Assembly (NCBI GenBank): GCA_963748625.1
Contig: CAVVJT010000003.1
Span: 270,952-334,951, forward strand
Reading direction: 5' to 3'
Source of the DNA: an uncultured Chloroflexia bacterium
GTDB lineage: Bacteria > Chloroflexota > Limnocylindria > Limnocylindrales > CSP1-4
DNA length: 64,000 nt
Within the stretch, counting starts at the first letter, position 1. Every line of letters starts with the position of its first letter. The position numbers and the translations under genes were made by a program. Below, piece by piece: positions 29,174-40,177 of this stretch. The notes under the pieces are model-generated. The model saw only the letters and a list, made by a program, of their open reading frames with translations. It did no database searches and was not told the DNA's origin.

Positions 29174-31324
29174 TCACGGAAGGTGGCCCCACGCAAGTGC
29201 GGTCGAGCCCTTGGCATCGACGATCCCCTTCGTCCGCGGCCCGTTGGCGCCTCCGACGATGACCAGCGCTCCGTCGGACCGTTCGATGACGGCTTCAGCG
29301 AAGGAACCAATTGGTGCATCTGGGAGCACGGTGGCACGCCACGCCTTGCCGTCGTCCGACACGAACACGCTCGCGCGCTCCTTGCCGGCGGGGCCGATGA
29401 AGCCAACCGCAACCCAGCCGCGCTCTCCAAACGGGATGACGTCGAGAAGGCCACCGCGGCGCGCAACCGTGAGCGGCTTCGACCAGCGCACGCCGTCGGT
29501 CGTCGTCCACACAACACCCTTGCCGTTGGCGATGCCGCCCGCGACAGCCGTCTTACGCCGGGCTGCCACGGCCTCCGCACGGACGACATCACCGTCACCA
29601 GCAGGCGCCGAGAAGGTGCCAAGTTCGGGCTGTAGGTCGCTGGCGAACCGATCGTAGTACGCGACTGGCTCGGTGTACTTGTCAGGGTTCTGGCACTCCC
29701 GGCGGCCCACGATGAGATGGCCCTCGCCATAGGGTGTGGTGGCGACGGCGTACAACTTGTCACACTCATCAGTGACACCCATCTCTCGGCCATCCAGTGG
29801 GAACCACTCCGAGCCGTCGCCGGAGCGGAAGCCGAAGGGGAACCACCAGACATAGTCCGAGAAGTTCGTCTGTCGGCCGGCGACGACATACCCACCGCCG
29901 GGTGTGCCATCGATGCCGATGAAGCGCCCGACAACGGTCTTGCTGCCATCGCGGGCTTCCGGCGGTGTCAGCGTCCAGGTGCGCCCGTCTGTGGTGGTCC
30001 ATAGACCCGCGCGGCGCAACCCGAGGTTGCCCGCTGCCGTGAACCCGGTCTTTGTCGGGGCGACGCCAACGACGGTGTAGTCGGTGCCGAGCATCGGCTT
30101 CGGTGAGATCAGTTCCCACTCGCTGCCCTCGCCGCGGAGGACGGCGCCTGTGGCCCGGCGCTGGCCGACGGCTACGAGCACGTCATCGCGTGTGGCAACG
30201 TCGTACAGATACATCGCCTTGCCGCCCTCGGGCAGAGTCAGCGGCAACCAACTGAGCGCGGCGACGCCAGAACCCGGGGTCGTCGCGGGAGTCGCCGGCG
30301 TCGCCGGGGCGCTCGTCGGCGTGAGTGGCGGAGTCGGGGTCGGCGCCGGGGCCGGAGTCGATGGCGGCGGCGCAGATCCGTCATAGGAGATCGACGCTGT
30401 CGAAGTCTTGTCCCAGCTCGAAATGACGTTGATCAGGTACGGGGCGATCTTGCCGACCGCGGCGACCTGCTCCGCCGTCTTGCCGATGAGTCCAAAGACA
30501 TCGTCGCCGTACGAGGACAGCTTGTTCGTCGTGGCCGAGATCGCCGCCTTGAGGTCCTCTTCGATGGCCGCGCTGCCGGAGTTGAGAGGGACCCCTGCGG
30601 CGATCACGTCCCAGAGGTCCTGCAGCATCCCGAGGACCTGATCACCGGCAGCAACGAAGTCTCCGTCCGCCATCGCGGCAGCCAGCGGGGCCGACCGGAA
30701 TGTGACGACGCCCAGCAGCCACGCGATCGTATCGGCGTTCACGAGGATCCCGACGCCGGGCACCGGCGCTGCGTAGCCGATCAGGATCTCCAAGGTCATC
30801 AGGCTGGCATCGAGGATGACGCTCACGCCCTCGACCTTGGACTGGAGGCTGACCGTCAGCGTGCCGCCTCCACGCGCGGAGAGCTCCACGCCTTGGGTTA
30901 CGCCCCCGACAAGACCGGTGGCGAAGGATGGCTGGCTCTTTGTATTAGCGCTGTTGCACAGGCCCGTGATGTTCGGCTTCACGCACGTGAATGAGGGGAC
31001 AACCAAGTCGCCGCTCTGCGTTGTTGTAGCCCTGACCTGCTGGGAGTACCCCCCGTCCCACCCCATCCACAGGAGGAGGTCATCAAACGGGGTACCAGTC
31101 CTGATCTCCGTGGCGCTCTTGAGGATCACTGTCATGACGGCCTTGCTCGGGTCCGTCCGGTTGCGATCGAGCGTCACGCTCAGTCCACCGCCATCGGACG
31201 ACACTTGAGACCAGGTCCCCACGGCATCTTCGCGCCAGGCTCCCAGTGCGACGCCAGGCGCCTGCGGCGGCGGCACGGACAGCGCAACGACGATCGCGCA
31301 GAGGGTGACAAGCAGGCGCTTCAC
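29174..31324 (-). CDS. Large secreted protein: N-terminal domain, P/T linker, Asp-box-like beta-propeller
   Basis: Signal peptide; WTTTDGRTW, SGDGSEW, WTTTDGVRW, VSDDGKAW repeats. Confidence 0.8.
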   Translation of the reverse strand: MKRLLVTLCAIVVALSVPPPQAPGVALGAWREDAVGTWSQVSSDGGGLSVTLDRNRTDPSKAVMTVILKSATEIRTGTPFDDLLLWMGWDGGYSQQVRATTTQSGDLVVPSFTCVKPNITGLCNSANTKSQPSFATGLVGGVTQGVELSARGGGTLTVSLQSKVEGVSVILDASLMTLEILIGYAAPVPGVGILVNADTIAWLLGVVTFRSAPLAAAMADGDFVAAGDQVLGMLQDLWDVIAAGVPLNSGSAAIEEDLKAAISATTNKLSSYGDDVFGLIGKTAEQVAAVGKIAPYLINVISSWDKTSTASISYDGSAPPPSTPAPAPTPTPPLTPTSAPATPATPATTPGSGVAALSWLPLTLPEGGKAMYLYDVATRDDVLVAVGQRRATGAVLRGEGSEWELISPKPMLGTDYTVVGVAPTKTGFTAAGNLGLRRAGLWTTTDGRTWTLTPPEARDGSKTVVGRFIGIDGTPGGGYVVAGRQTNFSDYVWWFPFGFRSGDGSEWFPLDGREMGVTDECDKLYAVATTPYGEGHLIVGRRECQNPDKYTEPVAYYDRFASDLQPELGTFSAPAGDGDVVRAEAVAARRKTAVAGGIANGKGVVWTTTDGVRWSKPLTVARRGGLLDVIPFGERGWVAVGFIGPAGKERASVFVSDDGKAWRATVLPDAPIGSFAEAVIERSDGALVIVGGANGPRTKGIVDAKGSTALAWGHLP

Positions 31325-32118
31325 GGGATCACCACCACACTCACTCGGGATCCACCGGCAGGCTCAGGAACTATCGCGATCTCGGCCCGGAGCCGGGAGT
31401 CGTCAACCACGAACGCTGCGCGTTCCCCGTCGATGATCGGCTCCGGGGTCGCCCCTGTCCCGCTGATCGCTGCGCGATAGAAGTCCACGAGGGCCCCGGT
31501 GGTCGCCGGCGTCACGAAGACCGCAGCCGTCTTGGAGCCTGCCGTGCCCGCGTCGAAGAGTTCTGCATCGGGTGGCGCGAGAAAGGCGGGGAAGTCCTCG
31601 GGCAAGGCGTCGGCCCGCGGCATCGCAGGGTCCGGCTCTCCTGTATCGCCCACGTGCTGCGGCCCGAGCGCGACGGCGAACACGGTAGGGCTGGTCAAGG
31701 CCACCGTCACCACCGTGCGGGCGAACTCGCCGGACGCGTCCTCGAAGGTGAACACACTCTGATCGAGCATCTTGACGTCGCTCGTGCGGGACCAGGCAGC
31801 ATCCTCAAGCTCCCGGTAGAAGCGCGAGACATCGGCCGGCGGAGCATCCGTCACCCAACGCGCCCAGTAGCTCGCAGGCGGGCCGCTGCCGCCGGTGGCC
31901 GCGACAAGCGTCGCTCCATCGGGCAGCGGGAAGTCCGGGAAGCCCGGCGGGAGCGAGGCAGCCGGCGCGCCGGATTGCGCGGGGTCGTTGGCCGCGCCAT
32001 CAACGGCAGGCGTAGCCGGGGGGCTCTGCCACGGCCTGAGCACCGCCAGGGCGGCTCCCGCGATCACTACTGCACTGGCGCCCGCGGCAACCAACAACAA
32101 ACGTCGAGACCGTCCCAT
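31321..32118 (-). CDS. Membrane-anchored protein with two repeated small domains
   Basis: N-terminal TM; LPPGFPDFPLPDGA and LPEDFPAFLAPPDA; GTGA overlap with the next gene. Confidence 0.75.
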   Translation of the reverse strand: MGRSRRLLLVAAGASAVVIAGAALAVLRPWQSPPATPAVDGAANDPAQSGAPAASLPPGFPDFPLPDGATLVAATGGSGPPASYWARWVTDAPPADVSRFYRELEDAAWSRTSDVKMLDQSVFTFEDASGEFARTVVTVALTSPTVFAVALGPQHVGDTGEPDPAMPRADALPEDFPAFLAPPDAELFDAGTAGSKTAAVFVTPATTGALVDFYRAAISGTGATPEPIIDGERAAFVVDDSRLRAEIAIVPEPAGGSRVSVVVIP

Positions 32119-32295
32119 CAAGACCCCCTCAGGCTCGTGTACCGCCCGTGCTTCCGGTGGACTGCCACAGATGGGGACGCACTGCGGCACGATGGCTCCT
32201 TCCCATGACCACGACCGCACGAGAGGTCCGAGCGCGAGCACGGAGCAGATCCCGTCGCCTCTGACCCGCGCACGCGACAATCATCGCCGTGCTGA

Positions 32296-33930
32296 TCATG
32301 GGCACACCGGTGCGGGAGGTTTGTCATTGTTGGAGACCATGTAGTTCCAGTCCATGAGGTTCACTTGCAGCCACGGGTTGCTGCCGGCCTTCCTCGCCGT
32401 CGGAAAGACATCTACCAGAAGCCCGGTCCCCAGGCACTTCATGTTGAACCCCAAGAACTCCCCATTCTTCTGCGAGTAGCGCACCCACTCCATCGCCGGT
32501 TCGGCCAGAGTCGGCTCGAGGACCGCGTCGATGTATGTCTTGACCTCGGCGAGCTCGCTCTCCGAGGGGAAACTCTTCCGCTTCGCCAGCACGTAGATGT
32601 GCACACTTCGGCAGCCAGGCGGGAGGCAGGACTCGGTGATGACGCTGGTACGCACGCCGGTACTTCCGAGTTCGCCCTGGTCACCATCCGAGCTGCACGA
32701 GACCTCGTTGTCCGGGCTAAGGGGCGGGTTGAATCCCTCCGGGAAGCCAGCGCAGATCGCAAGCAGATTGGCCTTGTAGTCGGGCAGGAACGGGTAGGTG
32801 TCAGCCGCGGAAGTGGGTGCGGGCGAAGCCGTTGCACTCGGTGCGGGCGAAGCTGTCGGGCTCGGTGCGGGCAGAGGTGTGGAGACTGACGGTGCGGGCG
32901 AAGCCGTCGGGCTCGGTGCGGACTGCGGACCTGCGACGACCGCGGCAGGAGCAGGCGTGCCCGTCGCTGCAGGTGACGCCATCCCCGGTGCCGAGACTGC
33001 GACCTGGGTCAGCGCGACGGCGCCAACGATCGCGATCGCGGCGACAAGGAGCATCACGACCTTCATCGGGATTGCCGTCACTGCGGCGTGCGTGGTGGTG
33101 CCTGTCCCGCCCTTAGTTGGGTCCGTCGCCGAGCCCGCCTGGGCTCCTGTCTCACTCCCCGGTACCGGTGCTCCGGCGCCGGTGACCTGCATCCGGATCG
33201 CCTCGCCCATGCCGGCGGGGGCCGGGATGAGCGGCAGGATCCCGAGAGCACGCGACGCGCCCCGCAGCTCCTCGTCGATCGTCTGGCAGGTCGTGCATGC
33301 GGCGAAGTGGGCCGTGAACTCGGGCGTCGCCTTGGCCGGGGCCTCAATCCTGTCCAGCAGGTCGTCGCGGAAGCCCCGGCAGGTCGCTGCGGCCCCATGG
33401 ATCCCGTACAGACGGTCGGCGTAGCGGCGGCGGACCGAGCGCCGCGCCCGGTGGACGAGGACGTACACCGAGTTCGCCGTCTTGCCCAGGGCCTCGGCGA
33501 TCTCGGGCGCATCGCGGCCCTCGGCGACCATGGTGAGCACGGCCCGCTGGTCCGGGGCGAGGTCGTCCACCAGGCCCCAGACCGTGGCGAGCTGGTCGGC
33601 TGCGACGGTCGCGTGCGCCGGGTCGAGCGAGGGGTCCGTCTCGACCAGGCCCGGCCGCTCGAACGTCTCGCCGTCGGCGCCCTCGGTCTCGAGCGGTGCG
33701 TCACGGGCGTCGCGCAGGCGGGCCCGGCGGATGGCCTCGCGCGAGACGACGGTCGTCAGCCACGGACCCGCATCCAGGATCCGGTCAGCGCCCTGGTAGG
33801 CCCGGACGAACGCCTCCTGGACGACGTCGGCGGCGAGGTCCTCGTCGCGCAGGATGCGCCGGCTGATCGAGTACAGGCGCGTGCTGTGCGACGCGTACAG
33901 CGCGTCGAAGGTGGAGACGTCGAGTGCCAT
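32296..33930 (-). CDS. ECF sigma factor-zf-HC2-TM-ectodomain fusion (copy B)
   Basis: Identical to copy A up to ...SPAPTSA, then an unrelated Cys-rich C-terminus. Confidence 0.9.
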   Translation of the reverse strand: MALDVSTFDALYASHSTRLYSISRRILRDEDLAADVVQEAFVRAYQGADRILDAGPWLTTVVSREAIRRARLRDARDAPLETEGADGETFERPGLVETDPSLDPAHATVAADQLATVWGLVDDLAPDQRAVLTMVAEGRDAPEIAEALGKTANSVYVLVHRARRSVRRRYADRLYGIHGAAATCRGFRDDLLDRIEAPAKATPEFTAHFAACTTCQTIDEELRGASRALGILPLIPAPAGMGEAIRMQVTGAGAPVPGSETGAQAGSATDPTKGGTGTTTHAAVTAIPMKVVMLLVAAIAIVGAVALTQVAVSAPGMASPAATGTPAPAAVVAGPQSAPSPTASPAPSVSTPLPAPSPTASPAPSATASPAPTSAADTYPFLPDYKANLLAICAGFPEGFNPPLSPDNEVSCSSDGDQGELGSTGVRTSVITESCLPPGCRSVHIYVLAKRKSFPSESELAEVKTYIDAVLEPTLAEPAMEWVRYSQKNGEFLGFNMKCLGTGLLVDVFPTARKAGSNPWLQVNLMDWNYMVSNNDKPPAPVCP

Positions 33931-33980
33931 GGGTCAGGGGGCCGGCTGGATGGCGGGGTCGATGGCGCTCGTCACCCGGG
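32805..33980. repeat. 1176-bp direct repeat, copy 2 (ECF core)
   Basis: Matches 25233..26408. Confidence 0.95.
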
Positions 33981-35432
33981 GATCTCGAATGAGAGTGTGC
34001 CGTCGTCGAGCACGGTGTCCCAGTTGTACGGCTGGAGCTCGAGGTCTGTCGTGTGCAAGCTTCCCGGCTCGGCGCCCTCGGACATCTCGAGCCCAAGTCC
34101 GGGATTGTTCGGGTCGCGACCCGGGACGTTCACGAGACCGCCGTCCAAGGCGGTCGCGACGACCTCCTCGCCTCGGGTGCAGTCCAGGCCGTCGCCGAGC
34201 ACTTCGAACTTGAGGTAGAGCCACGGGTTGGCGTCGAGGTAGTAGAGGATGCGGTCTGCCGTCACGCGAACGGTCGCGTTCCGGTTCTTCTCACACAGGG
34301 GACGGCTTGATGGATCTGGCGTCGGCCGAAGGTCGACCGGCTTCGCATCGAGCATGACCACGCGGAGGGGAAGGCCCGGGAGCATGAGGCTGACCGTGTC
34401 GTTGACCGTGTCGACGACCGCCGCCGTGCCGTCAGGACCCGTGAACTTGAACACATCCTTGGTGGCACCGGTGTCCTGCAGGTCGCGCTCGGTGGTGCTG
34501 CCAATCGACGTCCAGGGATCCGTGAGCCTGGTCAGGACATCCTTCTCCATCTCGCCGGCACCCTGGACAAGCTTGCGCACGGCCAGTTCGTCGCCTGCCG
34601 TCTGGGCGGCCCCGAAGGCCGCGTAGGCGGCCACTGCCTTCGCGAGAACCGCGTCCGGGTTGAGGTTGCCGCGGTGGACGATCGCCCCGACGGGGTCGCT
34701 GGCCTTCTGCTCGTGGAGCAGCGTCCGCATGCCGTCTGCGACGAGCACGAGCTGCTCGAGCGTGCCGTCCTTGCCATCTCGCTCGGTCTCTTCCACGCCG
34801 GTGAGCCAGGTCGGCTCGTTGATCACCTGCTCGGCGGGCGCGGGTTCACCCGGCACGATGGACTGCTCGAGGGACACCGACGAGCCGAACATCTCTGCGC
34901 GTGGTTGCATGCCATCGACAAGCGCCGTGGCCGCGGCCTTGCTCGTGACATCGGGAAGCAATGCCTCGAGACTCAGCGCGCCCTCGTGCCCGAGCACCGT
35001 GATCCGGCGCTGGTCGTCCTTGCCGGTGACGACCATGTTCGTGGTCATCTGCGCCTCGGTGATGTTCGCGCTCGCTCGGTCTCCCTCGACGGTCCAGGTG
35101 ACGTTGTAGGCCGTCTCGTCGGTCTTGCTCTTCGTGGCAACGACATCGGTGACCGTGAGGGTTGCGTCACCGGGCACGAGCGCGAGGCCGGCCGTCGCTC
35201 CGAAGTCCTGCCAGCCGTCTGTGTGCTCGGCTGCCTTGCCGGTCGCGAGCGCCTCCAGGTCGCCACGGATGAGCCCGGGCACCGGGTCCTCGCGGAACAC
35301 GGTCATCGCGGCCACGACGGCAAGGATCGCGACAACGGCCACGACTGTCGCGACGATGATCGGCCCACGGCGGCGAGTGGCTGAGGACTGGGCGGGGCCG
35401 TCGGTGGTGGCATTGGCGGTCGAGGTGTCCAT
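33972..35432 (-). CDS. Membrane-anchored hypothetical protein
   Basis: 486 aa, N-terminal TM, GGAGGG RBS; first gene of the ECF-B operon. Confidence 0.8.
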   Translation of the reverse strand: MDTSTANATTDGPAQSSATRRRGPIIVATVVAVVAILAVVAAMTVFREDPVPGLIRGDLEALATGKAAEHTDGWQDFGATAGLALVPGDATLTVTDVVATKSKTDETAYNVTWTVEGDRASANITEAQMTTNMVVTGKDDQRRITVLGHEGALSLEALLPDVTSKAAATALVDGMQPRAEMFGSSVSLEQSIVPGEPAPAEQVINEPTWLTGVEETERDGKDGTLEQLVLVADGMRTLLHEQKASDPVGAIVHRGNLNPDAVLAKAVAAYAAFGAAQTAGDELAVRKLVQGAGEMEKDVLTRLTDPWTSIGSTTERDLQDTGATKDVFKFTGPDGTAAVVDTVNDTVSLMLPGLPLRVVMLDAKPVDLRPTPDPSSRPLCEKNRNATVRVTADRILYYLDANPWLYLKFEVLGDGLDCTRGEEVVATALDGGLVNVPGRDPNNPGLGLEMSEGAEPGSLHTTDLELQPYNWDTVLDDGTLSFEIPG

Positions 35433-35483
35433 GATTGCGCGTTCCCTCCGGCATCAGGCGACGAGATGCCGCCGATGAGTACT

Positions 35484-35510
35484 TGAGCCGCGAGGGAGCC
35501 GCGCCTTACA
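35484..35510 (-). promoter_or_regulatory. Putative ECF promoter TGTAAG-N17-CTCA (autoregulatory position)
   Basis: Upstream of the operon that contains ECF copy B. Confidence 0.75.
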
Positions 35511-35766
35511 CCTGTGCGCAAAGGAACCCCGAATGTCCTCCCGCGAGCTGACCATACCGGATGCGATCGGGGCAGCGAGGGCCGCCTGCGCGGGGCGGCT
35601 GACGGGGTCAGCGATCACCCTCAACACGACCGTACCGGCCGGCGACGTCGCAGTGGTCAGGGCAAACCCTGAATGTCGCGCACGGGCAGGATGTGGAGGT
35701 GGCAATGCGCCCATGCAGGCAGTCGAACCGCCACGGTGTCACGGGGCCGATCAGGCACCCCGGGCG

Positions 35767-36240
35767 TCAGCTCGGGCTGCCCGGCTGCGCTCTAAGCATC
35801 TCGTCGACGCCTCCAATCGGGTTGCCATCGGATGCGTCCAGAAGCCTCTCGATCAGGACCAGCATCTGGTCAGCGTCGAGGTCGCGCGAAGTTCCCCCAA
35901 CGCACAGCGGGTATCGGGGCACAGGCTCGGGGTCCCCAGGGAACGGTGACAAGTTCTCGGCGGCCTCGTGCCAGTCCTTCTCGATCGCGCTCGAGAGCCC
36001 GGTCCACAGGAGCAGGGAACCTTCGGACATGGCACCCAGGCGCTCAATCAGGGCCTGCGTCACAGGGTCGTGGATGCGGGACGCAGGCTTCGTCGACCAT
36101 CCCCATGCCCGAGGCGACCGCCTGTAATACGCCGTGTCTCGGGCGAGGTGCCGGACGCGGTGTTCGAGCCCTTGCTCTGCTATGAGCTGACACGCCTCGC
36201 GGTAAGCGTTCAGGACGAGGATGCGGGGATCGGCTGTCAT
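35767..36240 (-). CDS. Hypothetical protein
   Basis: MTADPRILVLNAY... portion of ORF 35767..36501. Confidence 0.55.
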   Translation of the reverse strand: MTADPRILVLNAYREACQLIAEQGLEHRVRHLARDTAYYRRSPRAWGWSTKPASRIHDPVTQALIERLGAMSEGSLLLWTGLSSAIEKDWHEAAENLSPFPGDPEPVPRYPLCVGGTSRDLDADQMLVLIERLLDASDGNPIGGVDEMLRAQPGSPS

Positions 36241-36745
36241 CAGTCCCATCGTGGGCGGGCCGGACCATGCAGCGACGGATGCTTCGGAGCGACGGGGTGG
36301 GCCCAGGCGGCGCGGATCGCCCATGCCCTGCCGGCCTGAGCGGGTCGGTGCATCCGTCTGCCAATGTGCGTTCTCGGTCTGGGCTTTCGGACAAGTACGC
36401 CCGGATCTGTTGTCCTTCAGCCAAGGCCCCCAGCGCGGCAAGCGCGGTCGCATGCTCCTCCGGCGTGAGGTCGGGCAACACAAGTCGGGCGAGATGCTCA
36501 CGACTCATGAACGAGACCTCAGCGAAGCCCGTACGCCATCACGTGGATCCACAGCAGCCCCCATATCAGCAGCAACCACGGGTCCGGGCCTCCTCACCCG
36601 ACCACCAGGCCAACGGGACCCGAGCGGCATTGCGAGCGCTACTTCGGCCGTGCGGGACCCGATGACGGCTCGAGCGTCGCAGCCGAGATCCCCTCCGCGC
36701 AAGGACATTCGGCCTTCGTTCTCGGGCCGGAGGGCGACCATTCGG

Positions 36746-37165
36746 TCAGTCCCGGAGGCCCGACCCGATGATGCCGATCGCGGCCAGGGTTGCGACGCCG
36801 AGCACGATTGCCTCCCAGTTGATGGCGATGAGCACGACTGCCACGCCGACAACGACCACCCAGGCGAGCGCCGTCCAGGGGGAGGGGAACCCAACCGTCA
36901 TCGTGGCGACCGTTGGGCCTGGCTCGCCGCGCGTTATCGGCGCGGGCCCGGGCGCTGACGTTGGCGCCGCCCGAGGCGCCCGCATCGCTGGCGGAGCGTC
37001 AGGCGGGGACGCCCGGACCCAGGCGATGGCCCGGTTGAGCGCAGCCGCCTCGGCGGTGCTTCCGCCTGCGTCGGGATGCACCTGCTTCATCCGCCGGCGG
37101 TACGCGCGCTCGGCGTCCGCCCGGGATGAACCCGCCGCGATGCCGAGAACTTGCCACGCTGTCAA
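36746..37165 (-). CDS. J-domain membrane protein
   Basis: AWQVLGI...AERAYRRRMKQVHPDAGGS...ALNRA; two C-terminal TMs. Confidence 0.85.
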   Translation of the reverse strand: MTAWQVLGIAAGSSRADAERAYRRRMKQVHPDAGGSTAEAAALNRAIAWVRASPPDAPPAMRAPRAAPTSAPGPAPITRGEPGPTVATMTVGFPSPWTALAWVVVVGVAVVLIAINWEAIVLGVATLAAIGIIGSGLRD

Positions 37166-37290
37166 CGACGAACAACCCGTTCCATGTCCAGCCCGGTCCG
37201 ACGATCAGGGACGGGTCGTGTCCACACCCCCAGTACCGCACGGAGAAGCGGCTGGCGCAAGGGGTCGAGGCCAGCGTCATCCCTGTCGTT

Positions 37291-39966
37291 TCACGGAAGG
37301 CCCACGGACAGCAGCGACGCCGCCTCGGCCCAGGTCAGGCCCGTGAGCCTGCGAGGGCTGAGTGGCCCATCCCCTGCCCTGCCCAGCACCCCGCGATCCT
37401 CGAGATCAGCGAGACCCGCCGTGTACCGCTCGACGCGTCCCGGCGTGTACCCGAGCGAGCGAACCCGGTCGACCATCGAGCGGACGGAGACGACGAGGGG
37501 CTCGTCGAGCTCGGCCTGCCAGCGGTAGATGAGCCTCGCGAGCGTGAGCGGCTCGAGCGCCTCGATCTCGCGGGCCGTCGGGGCACGCGGCTCGGGCGCA
37601 TCCCGGGGCGGTGCCGGAACGAGTGGCCGTGAGATCCGCCGTCGCAGGTCGGCGATCAGCTCGCGGATCGTCGCGTTGTCGACGAAGAGCCCCTGCACGA
37701 CCTGGACCGTGTGGCCATCGGTCGACACGGCGAGGCGACCCTTGATGTTCGGCAGCAGGCGCCGGTGCTGGTCGAAGAGGATCCGCATAGTCGGAGGCCT
37801 GGGCAGATAGCCGGAGATCGCGCAGCCTTGAAACGCTGATCTTGAGCGCGTGGCGGGATCACGTCCGAGGTCCTGCGCTGAGTGACCAAGCACCAAGTGG
37901 AAGCCTGCTGCTCGGCCGAGCTGACCGACGCGACTGCACGGCCCGGATCACGCGCTCGAGCTGGTCGCGGTCGAGCAGGTCGCGCAAGTCGGCCCACTCC
38001 TCGACGACGAGCAGGTGCGCCGGCCCCTGTCGACTGGATCGAACTCTCGCCCGGCCTGTTCGCGGTAGCGGGCATCCATCGCTGCCGTGAACGCCTCGAG
38101 CGTGCGCCACGACATCGTCACCGTTCTCGGCGATCACCGTTCGCTCGCACCTGCGGCGCGTCCGAAAAGAGGACAGTTCGCGCTTCACGCAGTCCAGGAG
38201 CCAAACCCGGAGGCGATCGGGGCCGTTGAGGCGCAAGCAGTTGGGCGAGTGGGCCGAAGACCGCCGACCGGCTCTTTCCGGAGCCCGTGGCCCCGCGACC
38301 AGGAGGTGCGGGGTCTCTGCACCGAGCTCGAGGATCAGCGGCTCGCCGCGGTGGTCAAGACCGATGACGAACGCGAGGTGCCGTCGCCGCAGCACTGGCT
38401 CGAGCCGGGTCACGACGCGGTCCAGTCCGTCGCCTCCCCCGATGGGAACTCCGGCGTCGCCTTGGGCAACGTGCAGACGAAGCCGTACGGGTCGAGCTTC
38501 GTGTCGAGGCGAGCCCCGGGCGTGCGGGCGAAGAGGCCGACCGCCGGCTGGAGCCCTTTCCAGCTCGTCTCGAGCTCCTGCCACTCCGTCGAGGTCGAGA
38601 AGGACGCCCGGTACTCGTACGTGTCGGCGTCGAAGCCGATGTCGGCGCTCTCGAACCGGTACCGCTCCACGAGACCCGCTTCCCGGAGGGCGCGATCGAT
38701 GGCGGCCCTGCCCGGTTCGGCGGTCAGGGCTTCATCCTCGGGCGCGGGCTCGGGCAATCGGTCGAGCGCCACGAAGATCCCTCGCTCGCCAGCCCGCAGC
38801 GGATCCTGGGCGACGCGCGGGTCCGACAGGCGCAGTCGCTTCAGGTCGGCGGCCGTCCAGGAGGTCTCCGCATCCAGCGTCGGGAGGAGCAGTTCCACCG
38901 TGGCCCGCGCGAGCAGGGCGTTCGCGGTCGAAGGGGTCGCCCGAAGGACGACCGCGTGGAAGCCCGGTCGCGACCATGCGCGGGCGATCTCGAGCCGGTA
39001 CGGGTACGCCTTCGCACCAGGTGACCGGCCATCGGCCGCGTCCCGGTCGCCGCTCCGGAGCTTGAGCGTCCCGCTGAGGAGGACGACGTCGAGGGCGGTG
39101 AGGAGGCCGTTCCCCAGTTCGCGGAGCTCCCGCTCCTCGTCCGACTCCCCCGCCCCCGCACTCCAGGTCTCCTCGGCCAAGACCTGGCCGTCGGGCCCCC
39201 GCTCGATGGCCGCCGGCACCGCCCACACGCCGTGGGTCTGCTGGTGGCCCCAGGTCGAGGCCCGTCGCGCGAGGAGGTCCGTCACGCCGGTGCCCGCCCG
39301 ACCGAACAGGGCAGCCACTCTGGCGAGGACGAGGTCGGCAGTCGATGCCGGTTCGCGGATTCCAAGGGCGACCCCGGCACCCGCCGCGCCACGAACCGTC
39401 CAGGCGACGAGGACGAGGAGCACCCAGGCGACGGCGACCGTGATCGCGAGCGCGGCACGGGCCACCAGGCGCAGGACGAACGCAGCGACGGGACCGAGGC
39501 TGCTCCCGGTCCGCACGGCGGTCGGGCGATGCCCATCGACTTCCTTCGACCCGCCGGAGCCAGCTGCCGAGCGAGGATGGCGGCCAGACCGCCGATCACC
39601 AGCCAGGCCCACCAGTCCGACGACGGCTGCCCGCACCGCGGAGGCGACTTGGGCGAGGCCGGATCGCAGTGCGGAACCCGCAGCGTCCACCACGTTCGGC
39701 GTCGGATCGGTCAGAAGCGCCAGGAAGACCGCCCAGAGCGCGAGCCGCGCGCCGAGGGCGAGCCCAGTCCCAATGCTCGGATGGTCGAGCCTGTCCGCGA
39801 TGGCGGCTGCGGCCCAGAGCACGAGCGGAAGCCAGGCGAGGCGCAGGGCGCCGGGGCCGATCGCACCGAGGACCGGGCTGTCGGCGACCAGCACCGCGAC
39901 GACCAGGGTGATGATCGCGGCTGCTCCCAGCGCGACGACCCTCCCTCGGAGGAGCCGCTCAGCCAC
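37291..39966 (-). CDS. FtsK/SpoIIIE-like ATPase with N-terminal TMs; several frameshifts
   Basis: Pieces across frames: TMs, IGLDHRGEPLILEL, PHLLVAG+ATGSGKS (Walker A), LLVVEEWADL (Walker B), GRAAGFHLVL, VQGLFVD. Confidence 0.75.
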
Positions 39967-40177
39967 GCCCGGGCTCCGGGTCCGGCGGTTCGACGGGCGG
40001 ATCCGCGTGCCGTGCCAGGGCCTCCACGGCAGCCCTCGGGATCCTGATCGTGGGGCGGCTGTCCCCGCGGCGGTAGATCCGGGCCGGCAGGAAGCCGTCC
40101 TCCACCCATCGCAGCACCGTGGTGCGATGCACGCCCAGCGTCTCGGCAGCCTGGCTGCACGTCCAGTACTCGTCCAT
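39959..40177 (-). CDS. Excisionase-like (HTH_17/MerR-type) DNA-binding protein
   Basis: YWTCSQAAETLGVHRTTVLRWVEDGFLPA...IRIPRAAVEAL. Confidence 0.85.
   Translation of the reverse strand: MDEYWTCSQAAETLGVHRTTVLRWVEDGFLPARIYRRGDSRPTIRIPRAAVEALARHADPPVEPPDPEPGRG

Noticed and set aside
24556-33980. ECF duplication as a diversity-generating retroelement TR/VR pair
   Set aside because: No reverse transcriptase in the window and no adenine-specific mismatches; the copies look identical and the variable parts are non-homologous.
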